NCBI RefSeq assembly: GCF_009914755.1
Contig: NC_060931.1
DNA: 64,000 nucleotides
Source of the DNA: the human T2T-CHM13v2.0 reference genome, Homo sapiens
Strand: one strand, 5' to 3'
Of this stretch, positions 38,037 through 51,025 are shown one piece after another. Under the pieces are notes generated by a model. The model was not told the origin of the DNA, did no database searches, and saw only the letters and a program-made list of their open reading frames with translations. Numbering within the stretch: position 1 is the first letter of the stretch; each line of letters opens with the position of its first letter. A program made the translations under genes and the position numbers.

Positions 38037-38704
38037 TATGTCCTTTATAAATTCTGGCCATAATGCCCTATCAGATATATAATTTGCAAATATTTTCTCT
38101 CAATGGATTGCTTTTTCACTTTCTCAGTCATATGCTTTGAAGCATAAAAGTTTTTAATTTTGATAAAGGTCAGTTATTTTCTTAGTCACTGTGCTTTTAT
38201 TGTCATATCTAAGAAACCATTCCCTAATCTAAAGTCTTGATGATTTACTCTTATATTTTCTTCTTAGAGTATTACAGTTTAAATTCTTATTTAAATTAAA
38301 TCCCCCGATTCATTTTGAGTTAATTTGTATAAATGGTGTGAGGTAGGGTCCAACTTCATAACTGTGTATGTGTATATCCAGTTGTTCAAATACCATTTGT
38401 TCAAAAGACTATTTTACCCCATCAAATTATTTTAACAATTTTATTAAAAATCATTAGAGCATAAATTTATATGTTTATTTCTGGAGTTTCAGTTGTATTC
38501 CATTGATCTACATGTCTATCCTATGCCAGTACCACTCTGTCTAATCAATTCTGTGCTGATCATTATAGCTGTGTACAGTACTTACAGAAAATGTGAGTCC
38601 TCCAAGTTTGTTTTTCATATTTAATATTGTTTTGACTATTTCAGATCCCTTGCATTTCTATATAAATGTCATAATCAGTTTGTTAAGTTCTACAAAATAG
38701 GCAT

Positions 38705-39168
38705 TGTGAAAGGAAAATATCTTGGGCACCCAAAATCACCCAGCTAAAAGGAAAATTCAAACTGGGAATTGCTGAGGGCAAACGTGCCTCCAGTTCTATT
38801 CAAAATCATCCATCTGCTCACTGAAATAAATACATATCTGATTGCCCCCTATGGAAAGGCTAATCAGAAACTCAAAAGAATGCAAACATTTGTCTCTCAC
38901 CTGTGACCTGGAAGCCTCCTCTTGCTTCAAGTTGTCTCCCTTTTGCTTTGAGTTGTCCCACTTTTCCAGACCAAACCAATGTTCATTTTGCATATGTTGA
39001 TTGAATGTCTCATGTCTTCCTAAAATGTATAAAACCAAACTGCTCTGACCACTTTGAGCACATATCGTCAGGACCTCCTGAGGCTGTGTCACAGGTGCAC
39101 ATCCTCAACCTTGGAAAAATAAACTTTCTAAATTAACTGAGACCTGTCTCAAATTTTGGGGGTCCACC
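38705..39168 (+). mobile_element. MER4A-type solo LTR (ERV1)
   Basis: Starts tgtgaaaggaaaatatcttggg; aataaa near the 3' end; 4 bp TSD GCAT at 38701-38704 and 39169-39172. Confidence 0.92.
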
Positions 39169-40536
39169 GCATCTAAAATTTTCATGGGGATCTCATTGAA
39201 TCTATAGATCACCTTGGGAAGTGTTGACACCCTAACATTATTAAGTGGCCAATCAATGAACCTGACTAGTCCTTGCACCCCCTTCGTCTTGTTTTACCTT
39301 TCTGGGCTGTTACATAGGATTTCTGTCTTTTCATTTTATCCAAAAATACTTGGTTTTAAATTGTCTAATATTCAGTTTATAACACAAGTAGTACAGGCTC
39401 ACTGTAAAAGATATAAAACAGTTTTAGACATATAAGATATTATAACTTTATAATGAAGAACAGGAATATGCAGTAAAAATCTGGGCGTAAGTCAGGAGTA
39501 AAAGCATTATATAATTTAAAATTCATGGTAAGAGCGTTAACATTTATAAAAAATATATTTTGTTGTCTAAAATTCCTAGGTTATTAAAAATCAAAAAATC
39601 TACATTTAAAATGAAAATCACTATAACTTATAATAAAAAAGACATTTTTAAAAGATCTACCATTCTTATGTACTGCATTTGTCCTTTTTAAATATTTATC
39701 TTTAAAACTAATCACAAGCCCCAATTTAAAGGGAAAATTAGTCTGGGAAAGATTAAATAATATATACGAGGTTCTATGATTATGAAATGTAGATCTGAAA
39801 TTTCAATGTAATTCTGATTCAAAGATCACACTCATTTTACTATAACAAGCAATAGTAAAATGAGCATAAAATTAAGAAACGGATGTATGTTTTTGTACTC
39901 TCTCTCAAACACTAACTGGTAAATCATTTCATATCCTTGATCTCAATTTTTACTTTTGTGAAATGAGATAAATAATACTTCACAACTGAATATATATTTA
40001 AGAAATGTAATGTTGGTTAAACTTTCAAAATTAATAAAAACAGTTATTCACATTAACCAAATAAAGGAGAAAGTCATATACAACATCTTAATAGATGTAG
40101 AAAAAAAATTTCATAAAGCCAATATCTTTCATGCAAAGCCTCTTACTAAACTAGGAATAGAAGGGAACTATAGATAAAAAGGATTTTTAGAGGCCATATC
40201 ATCAACATAAATAATTCCAAATTATTGAAATCTTTCCTTTGAGATTAAGCAAAGGGCAACAATATCTGCTATTATCACTTCCATGTAACATTGTATTGGA
40301 CATGCTACCCAATGTAATATGGCAAGAATAAAGAAAAATAGTAATAAAATGGAAAAGGAATAAGCAGGATTGATATCATTTGAATAAAATGCTGTCATTC
40401 ACATAAAATGCTAAAAGTATCAACAGAGAAAGTACTGAAATTGAGCATATTTATCATAATTGAAGGTTACAAATTCATTATAAAAATATCAATTGAATTT
40501 GTATCTACTTGTAACAGAAAATTGCATTAAAAAAAT

Positions 40537-40768
40537 GCATGTTCTCACTCATAGGTGGGAACTGAACAATGAGAACACTTGGACACAGGAAGGGGAACAT
40601 CACACACTGGGGCCTGTGGTGGGGTGGGGGGGGAGGGGAGGGATAGCATTAGGAGATATACCTAATGTAACTGACGAGTTAATGGGTGCAGCACACCAGC
40701 ATGTCACATGTATATATATGTAACAAACCTGCATGTTGTGCACATGTACTTAAAGTATAAAAAAAAAC
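40537..40768 (+). mobile_element. L1PA (about PA4-6) 3'UTR fragment
   Basis: gcatgttctcactcataggtgggaactgaacaatgagaacac...G-tract...acttaaagtataaaaaaaa. Confidence 0.95.
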
Positions 40769-40995
40769 TAATACTTAAAATAGCATGCAAATATATACTA
40801 TACATGAAAATTGAATAAATAATACATAAGATATATGAATAAATATATAAAATATTAAGAGTAATAAAGACCCATGTAAGTGATAGAAATGCCATGTTTG
40901 TAGATTTAAAGAAGCAATATTGTCTTCAAACATTTTTGAACTTAAGAAGTGAATTTAATATATAGATAGATAGATAGATAAATTAAAATCACTGA

Positions 40996-41359
<364 letters not shown>

Positions 41360-41377
41360 AAGACTTTTTATAATTAC

Positions 41378-41989
41378 TGTGGTAGGAGTTTTTAAGAAAT
41401 TATTTTAGGCAGATAAAGAGGAAACGTTTTGGTTTCTTTTAAAGCAGCTCCAAGAACGTTTCTTGTCTAGAAGCAAAGTCCAGGCTCTTAAAGCCATGGA
41501 GGCAACCTTTAATAGGCGAATGCCGGCCATTAGAGACTGGGTCCACCCAAAAATGGCAATTCCCATGGCCTTCTTGCCCTTGCCCCACATGTGCCTGGCA
41601 ACATGGCTGTCCCCACATATCCCCACATATGTAAAACATCATGGTGCCTTGTGTTTGTATATTAAAAGGCTAGGGTGGGAGGGCTAGTTTTTTAGAAGCT
41701 ATGTGAAAAACAGGCCTGGTCAAAGCAATCCCCTGAGTCCTATGCAAATCCAACACCGCCTCCTCCAGCTTCTTCTTATACCTGGCTGGTATCTGTGGGA
41801 CGTGGAGTCTCCTCTTTTAGCTTTGGAGCCCCCCTCCCTCTGTGTCTTTATTGGGGAGCCTCTTCCTTTTGCCTTCTCTTTTCTTTCTTGCTTATTAAAC
41901 TCTGCTCCACTCCACATGTGTCCATGTTGTTTTATCTAAATCGTGCGAGACAAGAACCTGGTGTTCCTCCATTCATTAGAGCTGTATCA
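41378..41989 (+). mobile_element. ERV1 solo LTR (MER61/LTR9-like)
   Basis: TG...CA termini, ~610 bp, 4 bp TSD ttac/ctac, attaaa polyA signal near 41894, aagaaattattttaggcagat 5' motif; exact family uncertain. Confidence 0.8.
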
Positions 41990-43404
41990 CTACAACAATA
42001 AGGATAATAAAAGATTAGAAAGATAGGTCATGGAAATAGAAGAAAGAGTTTGAAAACAGACCCCAGATATAATCACTTTTGACTTATGACAAAGGTAGTA
42101 TTGCAGATTAGTGGGGAATTATGGTATTTTCAATATATGCTACTGAAGAATTTGGATATTCATATGAAAAATGTGAAGCATAATCTCTTCTATATATCAG
42201 AGAAAATTTAATTATAGTGAGATTGTTAATTACAGTGTGAAAGAAAAAACTAGGTGTCTGGAAGAAAATATAAAATAAAAATCTTTACAAGCTTAATATA
42301 GAGAAAGACTTCCAAAATGTAACATAAAAACATTTATCTAAAGGAAAAGACTGATTAATTACATTTCAATAAAGCCAAGAATTTCTGTTCACAATATATA
42401 CCATTAAAATAATCAAAAGACATACAGCTGACATGCTTAAGATATTGCCAAAATGTATACCTAGCAGAGTATTTTTGTTGAGAATACGTGGAAATCACCT
42501 ACAAATTAATAAGAAAAAGAGGTTAGTCAATGGAAAAATGGCAAAGGTCTTGATCAGACACTTCACAAAAGATGATATCAATATGGACAATAAACATGAG
42601 AAGGTTTAACAGCATTAGTTATTAGGAAAATAATAAAAAAACTACAATGAAATACTGCAACAGAGTTATTTGAGTGGCTAAATTAATATGCCAAAGCATC
42701 AGATATTAGAAAACATCTGGCACAAACATAACTGCTCTATCTTTTGGTGGAAGTACAAATAGGCACAGTCACTCTTTAAAATTCTTTTGGTCTCATATAT
42801 TGAGTATAACATATGCATTCCTTATGCCTAGCAATTCATTTTTATAAACAACAGAAATGTTGTTTATTTGTACCCAAAGACAAGGAGTTTCAAAACTTTA
42901 TCATTCATAATAATCAAATATTAGAAACAATTTTAAAGTCTGCAAATGGTATAATGGATACTTTATTATATAATATATTCATATAAGAAATTCAGTGAAG
43001 CAATTTAAAAAAACAAATTACATCTCCATTAAGTAACATAGCTGTTCTTAAAATATTGGATGAATAAAACCTATACAAAATAATACATATAGTGAGGTGT
43101 CAGGTATATAAAATGTGAACAGTGGCAAAATTGAACAGGAGAATACTGTTTAATTTCCATGTGTTTGTATAGTTTCCATAGTGTTTAGAAATGTATATTT
43201 TCCTGTAAACCTATAATCTATAGAAAGTTACACAGTATATGATTTATTGGTCTTGGTGGTGGTTCAAAGGTATTCTCCTTGTGAAAATTTATTGAACCAT
43301 ACATTTTATTTTGTTTCCTTTCATTTATGAGTGAAATATTTCATAATAAAAATGTTTTATGAGAAGAAAATTACAGAGTACTAAAATCTTCTTTTTTTCC
43401 TGTC

Positions 43405-43773
43405 TATTTTTATTTTAGGTTCAGAGGGTACATGTGCAGGTTTGTTACATGGGTAAATTGCATGTTGCTGAAGTTTGGTGTACGAATGATCCCTTCACCT
43501 AGGTAGTGAGTGAAGTAACCTATAGGCAGTTTCTCAACCTACATTCCTCTCCTACCCTCCCCCATCAAGTAGTCCCCAGTGTCTATGTTCCCATCTTTGT
43601 GTCCCTATGTATTCAATGTTTACTTCCTACTTATAAGTAAGAATTTGCAGTATTCGGTTTTCTGTTTCTGCCTTAGTTCACTTAGGATAACAGCCTCCAG
43701 CTGCATCCATGTTGCTGCAAAAGACAAGATTTTGTTCCCTTTTATGGTTGCATCGTATTCCGTGCTGTATATG
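43405..43773 (-). mobile_element. L1PA15/16-like 3' fragment
   Basis: gggtacatgtgcaggtttgttacatgggtaaattgcatgttgctga...cagcctccagctgcatccatgttgctgcaaaagaca. Confidence 0.9.
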
Positions 43774-43889
43774 TGAAATATTAATTTCTAAAATAATAAA
43801 ATTCAGATATTAAGACAAAAATTATTTTAATTTTATATAGTTTGTATTGCATCTTCATTAATACAATATAAAGTATTTACTTTTTACTT

Positions 43890-46825
43890 TAGTTTTTTAA
43901 TTTTTAATTTTTGTGAGTACAGATTTGGAGTTTGGTTTGTTCTTATCTTTCTAATTTTTCAAGATGCATTATTAGCTTATTTGAAGATATTCTACTTTTT
44001 TCATGGAGACAGTGCTATAAAATTTCATCTTAGTACTGCTTTTTCTATATCCCCTAGGTTTTGGTATGTTATGTTTCCATTTTCTTTGTTTTAAAAATAA
44101 TTTTATTTTATTTTTAATTGCTTATTTGACCTGCTGGTCATTCAGGAGCGTATTGTTTAATTTTCATGTGTTTGTATGGTTTCCAAAGTTCCTCTTGTTA
44201 TTGATTTCTAGTTTTATTCCATGTGATCAGAGATGATACTTGATATAATTTCATCTTTTAAAATTTTTAAGACTTGTGGCCTAATGTATGGTCTATCTCT
44301 GAGAATAATCTATGGGCTGAGGAAAAGAATATGTATACTGTAGACATTGGATGAAATGTTCTGTAAACATCTACTAGGTTCATCTGGTCTGTGCCACAGA
44401 TTAAGTCTCATGTTTCTTTGTGGATTTTCTGAATGGATGATCTGTCCAGTGCTAAAAGTGGAGTGTTGAAGTCTCCAGCCCTTATTGTATTGAGATCTAT
44501 TTCTCTTTTTAGCTCTAATAATATTTGCTTTGTATATCTGGGTGCTCCACTGTTGGGTGCATATATATTTACAATTGTAATATCCTCTTGCTTAATTGAC
44601 CCCTTTATCATTATATAATGCCATTTTTGTCTCTTTTTACACTTTTTGCCTTGAAATCTATTTTGTCTGATATAAGTATAGCTTCTTCTATTCTTTTTTG
44701 GCTTACATTTGCATGGAATATCTTTTCCATTCCTTTATTTTCAGTATTTGTGTCTTTATATGTGAAGCATGTTTCTTGTAGACAACAGATCATTGGCCTT
44801 GTTTTTAAAAACCCATTCAGCCACTCTGTGTTTTGATTGGAGAGGTTAGTGCGTTTACTTTCAATGTTATTGTTGATAAAGGCTTACTACTGCCATTTTG
44901 TTATTTGTTTTCTGGTTGTTTCGCCTTCCTTCCTCTCTCCCTTCCTCCCTCCCACCTTCTCCCCTCCCTCCTTCTCCCCTTCCCCTTCCCTTCCTTCCTT
45001 CCTTCCTTCCTTCCTTCCTTTCCTTGTCATCCTTCCTTCCTTGTCATCCTTTTTGTGAAGTTTATTTTTTTACGGTGGTATGTTTTAATTTCTTGCTTTT
45101 TATTTTTTTGGATATCTGTTGTAGATTTCTTGATTTGAGGTTACCATGAGGCCTGCAAATCACATCTTATAAGCCATTATTTTAAACTGATGTCGACTTA
45201 ACACTGATTGCAAAAACAAGCAAAGAGAAAACTAATAAAAATGCTACACTTTAACTTCATTTCCCCTTTTTGACTTTTTATTGTTCATATTGATATATTA
45301 TTGTCTATGCATCGAAATGTTGCTGTAGTTATTCTTTTTGATAGATTCATCTTTTAGTCATTCTACTCAAGATTATGAGTAGTTTACACAGCACAATTAC
45401 GGTGTTGCAATACTCTGTTTGTACGTATACTTACTATTACCAATGACTTTTGTACCTTCAGATAATTTCTTATTGCTTGTTAACATCCTTTTCTTTCAGA
45501 CTGAAGAACTCCATTTAGCATTTCTTGCAGGATAGGTCTGGTATTGATGAAATCCCTCAGCTTTTGCTTTTGTTTGTCTGAAAAAGTCATTATTTCTTCT
45601 TCATGTTTGAATGACGTTTTCATTGGATATGCTATTCTAGGATAAAACTTTTTTTTCCTTCAACACTTTAAATATGTCATGCCACTCCCTCCTGGCCTGT
45701 AAAGTTTCCACTGAGAAGTCTGCTACCACATGTACTGGATCTCTTTGGATGTTGTTTGTTTCTTTTTTCTTGCTGCTTTTAGACTCCTTTCTTTATTCTC
45801 TTCTTTTGGGAGTTCGTTTATTAAATGTCTTGAAGTTGTCTTACATGGTTTAAATCCTCTGGGTGTTGTATAATCTTCTTGTACTTGAATATTGACATCT
45901 TTCTCTAGGTACAGAGAGTTCTCTGTTATCCCTTTGAATAAACTTTCTACCCTGAACTCTCACTCTACCTCCTCTTTAAGGGAGATAACTTAAATTTTCT
46001 TGATCTTGTAGGCTTGCTTTATTCTTTTTCTTTTGTCTCCTTCAATTGTATATTTTCAAATAGCCTGTCTTTAAGCTCACTAATTCTTTTTTCTTCTTGA
46101 TCAATCCTGCTGTTTACTCTGTTGCATTCTTCTATATGTCAATTGTTATGTTTCAGCTCCAGAATTTCGGTTCAATTTTTAAAAAATCATTCATATCTTT
46201 ATGTTAAATTTATCTGATGGAATTCTGAATTCTTTCTCTATATTGTTTTAAATTTTAAATTTTAATCTATAAAATTAAGAAATTTATAGCTTTCTTAAAC
46301 CAGCTATTTTGAATTTTCTATCTGAAAAGTCACATATCTCCAGCACTCTGGGATTGGCCACTGGTGCCTTATTTAGTTTGTTTAGTGAAGTCATGTTCCT
46401 AGATAGTCTTGATACTTGTGGATGTTTTTCAATGCCTGGACATTGAAGAGTTAGGTATTTATTGTAGTCTTTGCAGTCTAGGCTTGTTTGTGCCCATCCT
46501 TTTTTAAGAAGGCTTTCCAGGTATTCCAAAGGAATTAAGTGTTGTAATCTAAGTCTTTGATCACTGCAGCTGTATCTGCATCAGGGGGCCCTTCAAACCC
46601 AGTAACATTGTTTCTCTTACCCACTCATAGAGATACCACCATGGTGGTCTTTGGTAAGATCTGGAAGAATTCACTGGATTATTACCAAGCAGAATGTCTG
46701 GTCTTTTCCCTTACTTTTCGCAGAATAAATGGAGTCTCTCTTTCTGTGCTCAGATGCGTGGAGCTTGGGGAAGGGTGACAAAAGCACCCTGTAGCCACCA
46801 CACTGAGACTTAGCTGGGTCAGACC
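43890..46825 (-). mobile_element. L1M(A)-type element: 5'UTR/ORF1/ORF2 endonuclease region joined to a tiny 3' end
   Basis: ORF2 EN remnants ICCLQETCF and MIKGSIKQEDITIVNIYAPNSGAPRYTKQILLELKREID..GDFNTPLLALDRS. Confidence 0.9.
44925..45050. repeat. (CCTT)n / pyrimidine-rich simple repeat
   Basis: Directly visible. Confidence 0.93.
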
Positions 46826-47882
46826 TTCCTATCCATATTTTAAAAAGATACTCTTTTCCGATTTTTTTCTGAATATTTTTCCCGGCTGACACTGTGTGTT
46901 CTCTATTTACTTATATAAATGTAATTTGATGAGCCCCAAAGAGAAAGATAGATGAAAATTATTTTAGAAAGAATAGAAAAAAGAAAATATGCCTTAAAAG
47001 GCCATACTTAAAGATTCATCTTCAATTTATTTGTCATCATATGCAATAGCAGAAAATGTTTACAACATAAACTATGTATTCTAAAAAATTTTACTTTATC
47101 ATGTGTTGTCAGTAAGACAGTAGGTCAACAGTGGGTGTATTTTTTTCTGCTTTGATTGTATTTTATTTAATTATTAATTTTGGCTTAATAGAGTCTTCCT
47201 TTGGCAGGCTGGACAAATGTCATGGCCCCTAGCCCTTTCCAACTCATAATGAAAATAGACCTATTTCCAGCTTCACCTTGCTGATTGCTTCTACCTGCTG
47301 CTCAGGATAATTTGTTCAGTGTAAATGAAGACTTCAGTAGTTATTGAAGGAAAAAGGTACAAAAAGAGACTGTTGTGCAGCATCTACATAAAGCGGCTTG
47401 TGCAAAACAGTCCTGATTAAATGAAAGTGTCTTAAGATTATGAGATCTTCAGTGTTTCACAATTACAGTTAAAGCAGTCATAAATAATTACTGTAAACTA
47501 GAAAATCAACCATATCTGGCAAATTAGAATTCATTTAATTTGCCTTACTTAATGTGGTTTTCACTTTCTTCTCTAACTTTATTTATGAAGAAACTATAAT
47601 GCTATTCATTTTTATGACAACACTGATGATTTTAATGTACTTTTATTTAAAAAAATTCTAAAACTGACCTAAAACTTAAATCAGACGGGTTTTCATTAAG
47701 TTAATAAATTCCTGACAGTATCAGAAAAATAATATCAGAATCAGAAACAGTTGTTAAAGCAGTAAACAGCATATTATTTAGGCAAATTCCATTAAATGTA
47801 CATCATATGAGCATCATTAAATGTTCATAAATTCATTAAATGTATCATCAGTATCTCAATATGGAAAAGATATTCTCATTCC

Positions 47883-49801
47883 TTTTTAAAATTTTATATA
47901 TAATGTATATTATATAATATTTATATTTATATATAATATATATTATATAATATTTATATTTATATGTATTATATATAATATTTATATTTATATGTATTAT
48001 ATATAATATTTATATTTATATATTATATATAATATTTATATTTATATATATTATATATAATATTTATATTTATATATTATATATAATATTTATATTATAT
48101 ATGATATTTATATTTATATATTATATATTATATTTATATTATATAAATATTTATATAATATAAATACAATATAATATATAATATATAAATATATATATTA
48201 TATAATATGTAATATATTATATATTATATAAATATATAAAATTATATATAATTATATTAAATATTATATAATTTTATAAAATTATATATAAATATAATAT
48301 ATAATTTTATATAATATTGAAATTATATATAATATAATATATACAAATTATATATAATATAATATATATACAAATTATATATTATATATTATACAATATA
48401 TACTATAATATATATTATATATACTCTAATATATAATATATACTATAATATATTACATATACTATAATATATATTATATACTATAATATATAATATATAT
48501 TATAGTATATGTAATATATATTATATATATATTATGTATATATGTATATATAATATACATGTATATTATATATAATATATGTATATATAATGTACATATA
48601 ATATATTTATGTATATATAGTTATGTGTATATATATAATATATAATAATATGTATAATGTATAATATATAATATAATTATATATAATATATATTTAATAT
48701 ATGTATTAAATATATAATATATATATTATGTATATATGTATATAATATACATATATATGTATATAATATACATATATATGTATATAATATACATATATAT
48801 GTATATAATATACATATATATGTATATAATATACATATGTGTATATAATATACATATGTGTATATAATATACATATGTGTATATAATATACATATGTGTA
48901 TATAATATACATATATGTGTATATAATATATATATGTATATATAATATATGTATATATATATTATGTATATTATATTTATGTATATATAGTTATGTGTGT
49001 ATATAATATATAATTACATATAATATATAATATATATAATATTATGTATATATGTATATCATATACATATATATAATATATATAATATGTATATATGTAT
49101 ATCATATACATATATATAATATATATAATATGTATATATGTATATCATATACATATATATAATATATATGTATATATAATGTATATATAATATATTTATG
49201 TATATATAGTTATGTATATATAATATATATTGTATATTATATATATCGTATATTCTATATTATATATGATTTTATATATAATATATAATATATAATATGT
49301 AATATATAATTTAAAATATATATTATATCATATAATATATAAATATATAATTATATACTATAATCATTATATATAAATATATAATTATATACTATAATCA
49401 TTATATATAAATATATAATTATATACTATAATCATTTTATAATTATATACTATAATCATTTTATAATTATATACTATAATCATTTTATAATTATATACTA
49501 TATTTTATAATTATATACTATAATCATTTTATAATTATATACTATATTTTATAATTATATACTATAATCATTTTATAATTATATACTATATTTTATAATT
49601 ATATACTATAATCATTTTGTAATTATATACTATATTTTATAATTATATACTATAATCATTTTATAATTATATACTATATTTTATAATTATATACTATAAT
49701 CATTTTATAATTATATACTATAATCATTTTATAATTATATACTGTAATCATTTTATAATTATATACTATAATCATTTTATAATTATAAGTATAATATATA
49801 A
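47883..49801. repeat. ~1.9 kb AT-rich compound minisatellite (VNTR-like)
   Basis: Blocks of ~26-28 bp (tattatatataatatttatattta..), 19-21 bp (tatataatatacatatatatg) and 24/20 bp (ataattatatactataatcatttt / ataattatatactatatttt) units. Confidence 0.97.
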
Positions 49802-49990
49802 TTTTTTCTTCCTTCAACTTTTATTTTAAGTTCTGGAGTACATGTGCCAGATGTGAAGGGCTGTTACATGTGTAAACATGTGCCATGGTCATTTGCTGCA
49901 CAGATCATCCCATTATCTAGGTATTAAGCCCAGCATCCGTTAGCTATTCTTCCTGATGCTTCTCCTTCCCCATCCCCAACAGGGCCCATT
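49802..49990 (-). mobile_element. L1PA (about PA8-11) 3' terminal fragment
   Basis: caacttttattttaagttctggagtacatgtgc...ctaggtattaagcccagcatccgttagctattcttcctgatgct. Confidence 0.9.
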
Positions 49991-51025
49991 CTGTCTGTCT
50001 CTCTTCTCTCTGTGTTTTCCCTCTATTCTCTCTATCTCTATCCTCAGGAAGTAAATAACTGATGATGTGATGAAAACATACATAAAGACATGATTCCAGC
50101 ATAGAAAATGTTTTTTCAGCCCATAAAACACTACTTAAATGATATTATTTTAAAAGGACAGTTGTGATGTCAATTTGGCTTTCATTTTAGTAATCAATAA
50201 TATTTAGTATATGAAAAATTAAAAGAAATATAATTTTGAAAAATCATTTTAAATAAAATCAATGTAATCGGAAAGCCAAAAAACATATGCTATCTGGATT
50301 GAGTAAATAGTTTAAATTGAGAACTCGTAGGTCCTATATGGAGTTATGCCATCATATTTGAGACCCAATAGAAAGACTAAACTATTCTTAACCTAAATCC
50401 ACTGACACTGATTGTGAACTTGAAAGTGGGAAGGGTTCTCCTTCACATATACATAATAAATTTTCTACTTAACTCTCAACATATTTGAGTTTATGTGAGA
50501 GAGAACATGTAAGTACTTCTTAATAGTGAAGCTGAGGACTATGTAGATTTTTCTTATGCTAAAGAATGTCTTTTCTGATAAAATTAAACTTTTGTCTATG
50601 CAGTGCCTCACCAAGAGCACAACTATGTTATTTTGTCCTGGTGTTTATTTGACTATATGATGAATCAAACATTAAATAGCTAACTTCCTCCCAGTCCCCT
50701 GGTTCAGTATCTTTCCTATATTATTTAAAAGACATGACTCAAGCACAATATACTTAATTATTTTTAAAGAAAAAATAATATAGCCATTAATGGGATTTAT
50801 TTTCTAGTATTATTCGGAATAGTATAGTTATAATGTTTTATAGAAAAATATAATTAACCCAGTGTTAAAACTCAAAAATAGGATATAGTCTTTATCTACT
50901 TCTAGGATAGCAAACTTAATGCCTATTGACAGAATGTTTTTAAAGAGCATTTTTTGACTGTACATTATTTTTCCATTTATTCTTGGTTCCTTTTCTGATG
51001 TACCATCTCCTCCCATAGTTATCTT

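Noticed and set aside
40616-40643. G-quadruplex-like G tracts (also 57634-57658)
   Set aside because: Standard L1PA 3'UTR polypurine tract
41405-42001. Cluster of six ORFs on both strands
   Set aside because: Reflects the higher GC content of the solo LTR; no gag/pol/env similarity
49340-49790. 24 bp repeats resembling a CRISPR array
   Set aside because: Units are head-to-tail with no unique spacers, there are no cas genes, and the context is primate
50675-50686. atgactcaagca as an NRF2 ARE
   Set aside because: Spacing is one base off the TGACnnnGC consensus; only an isolated AP-1 heptamer
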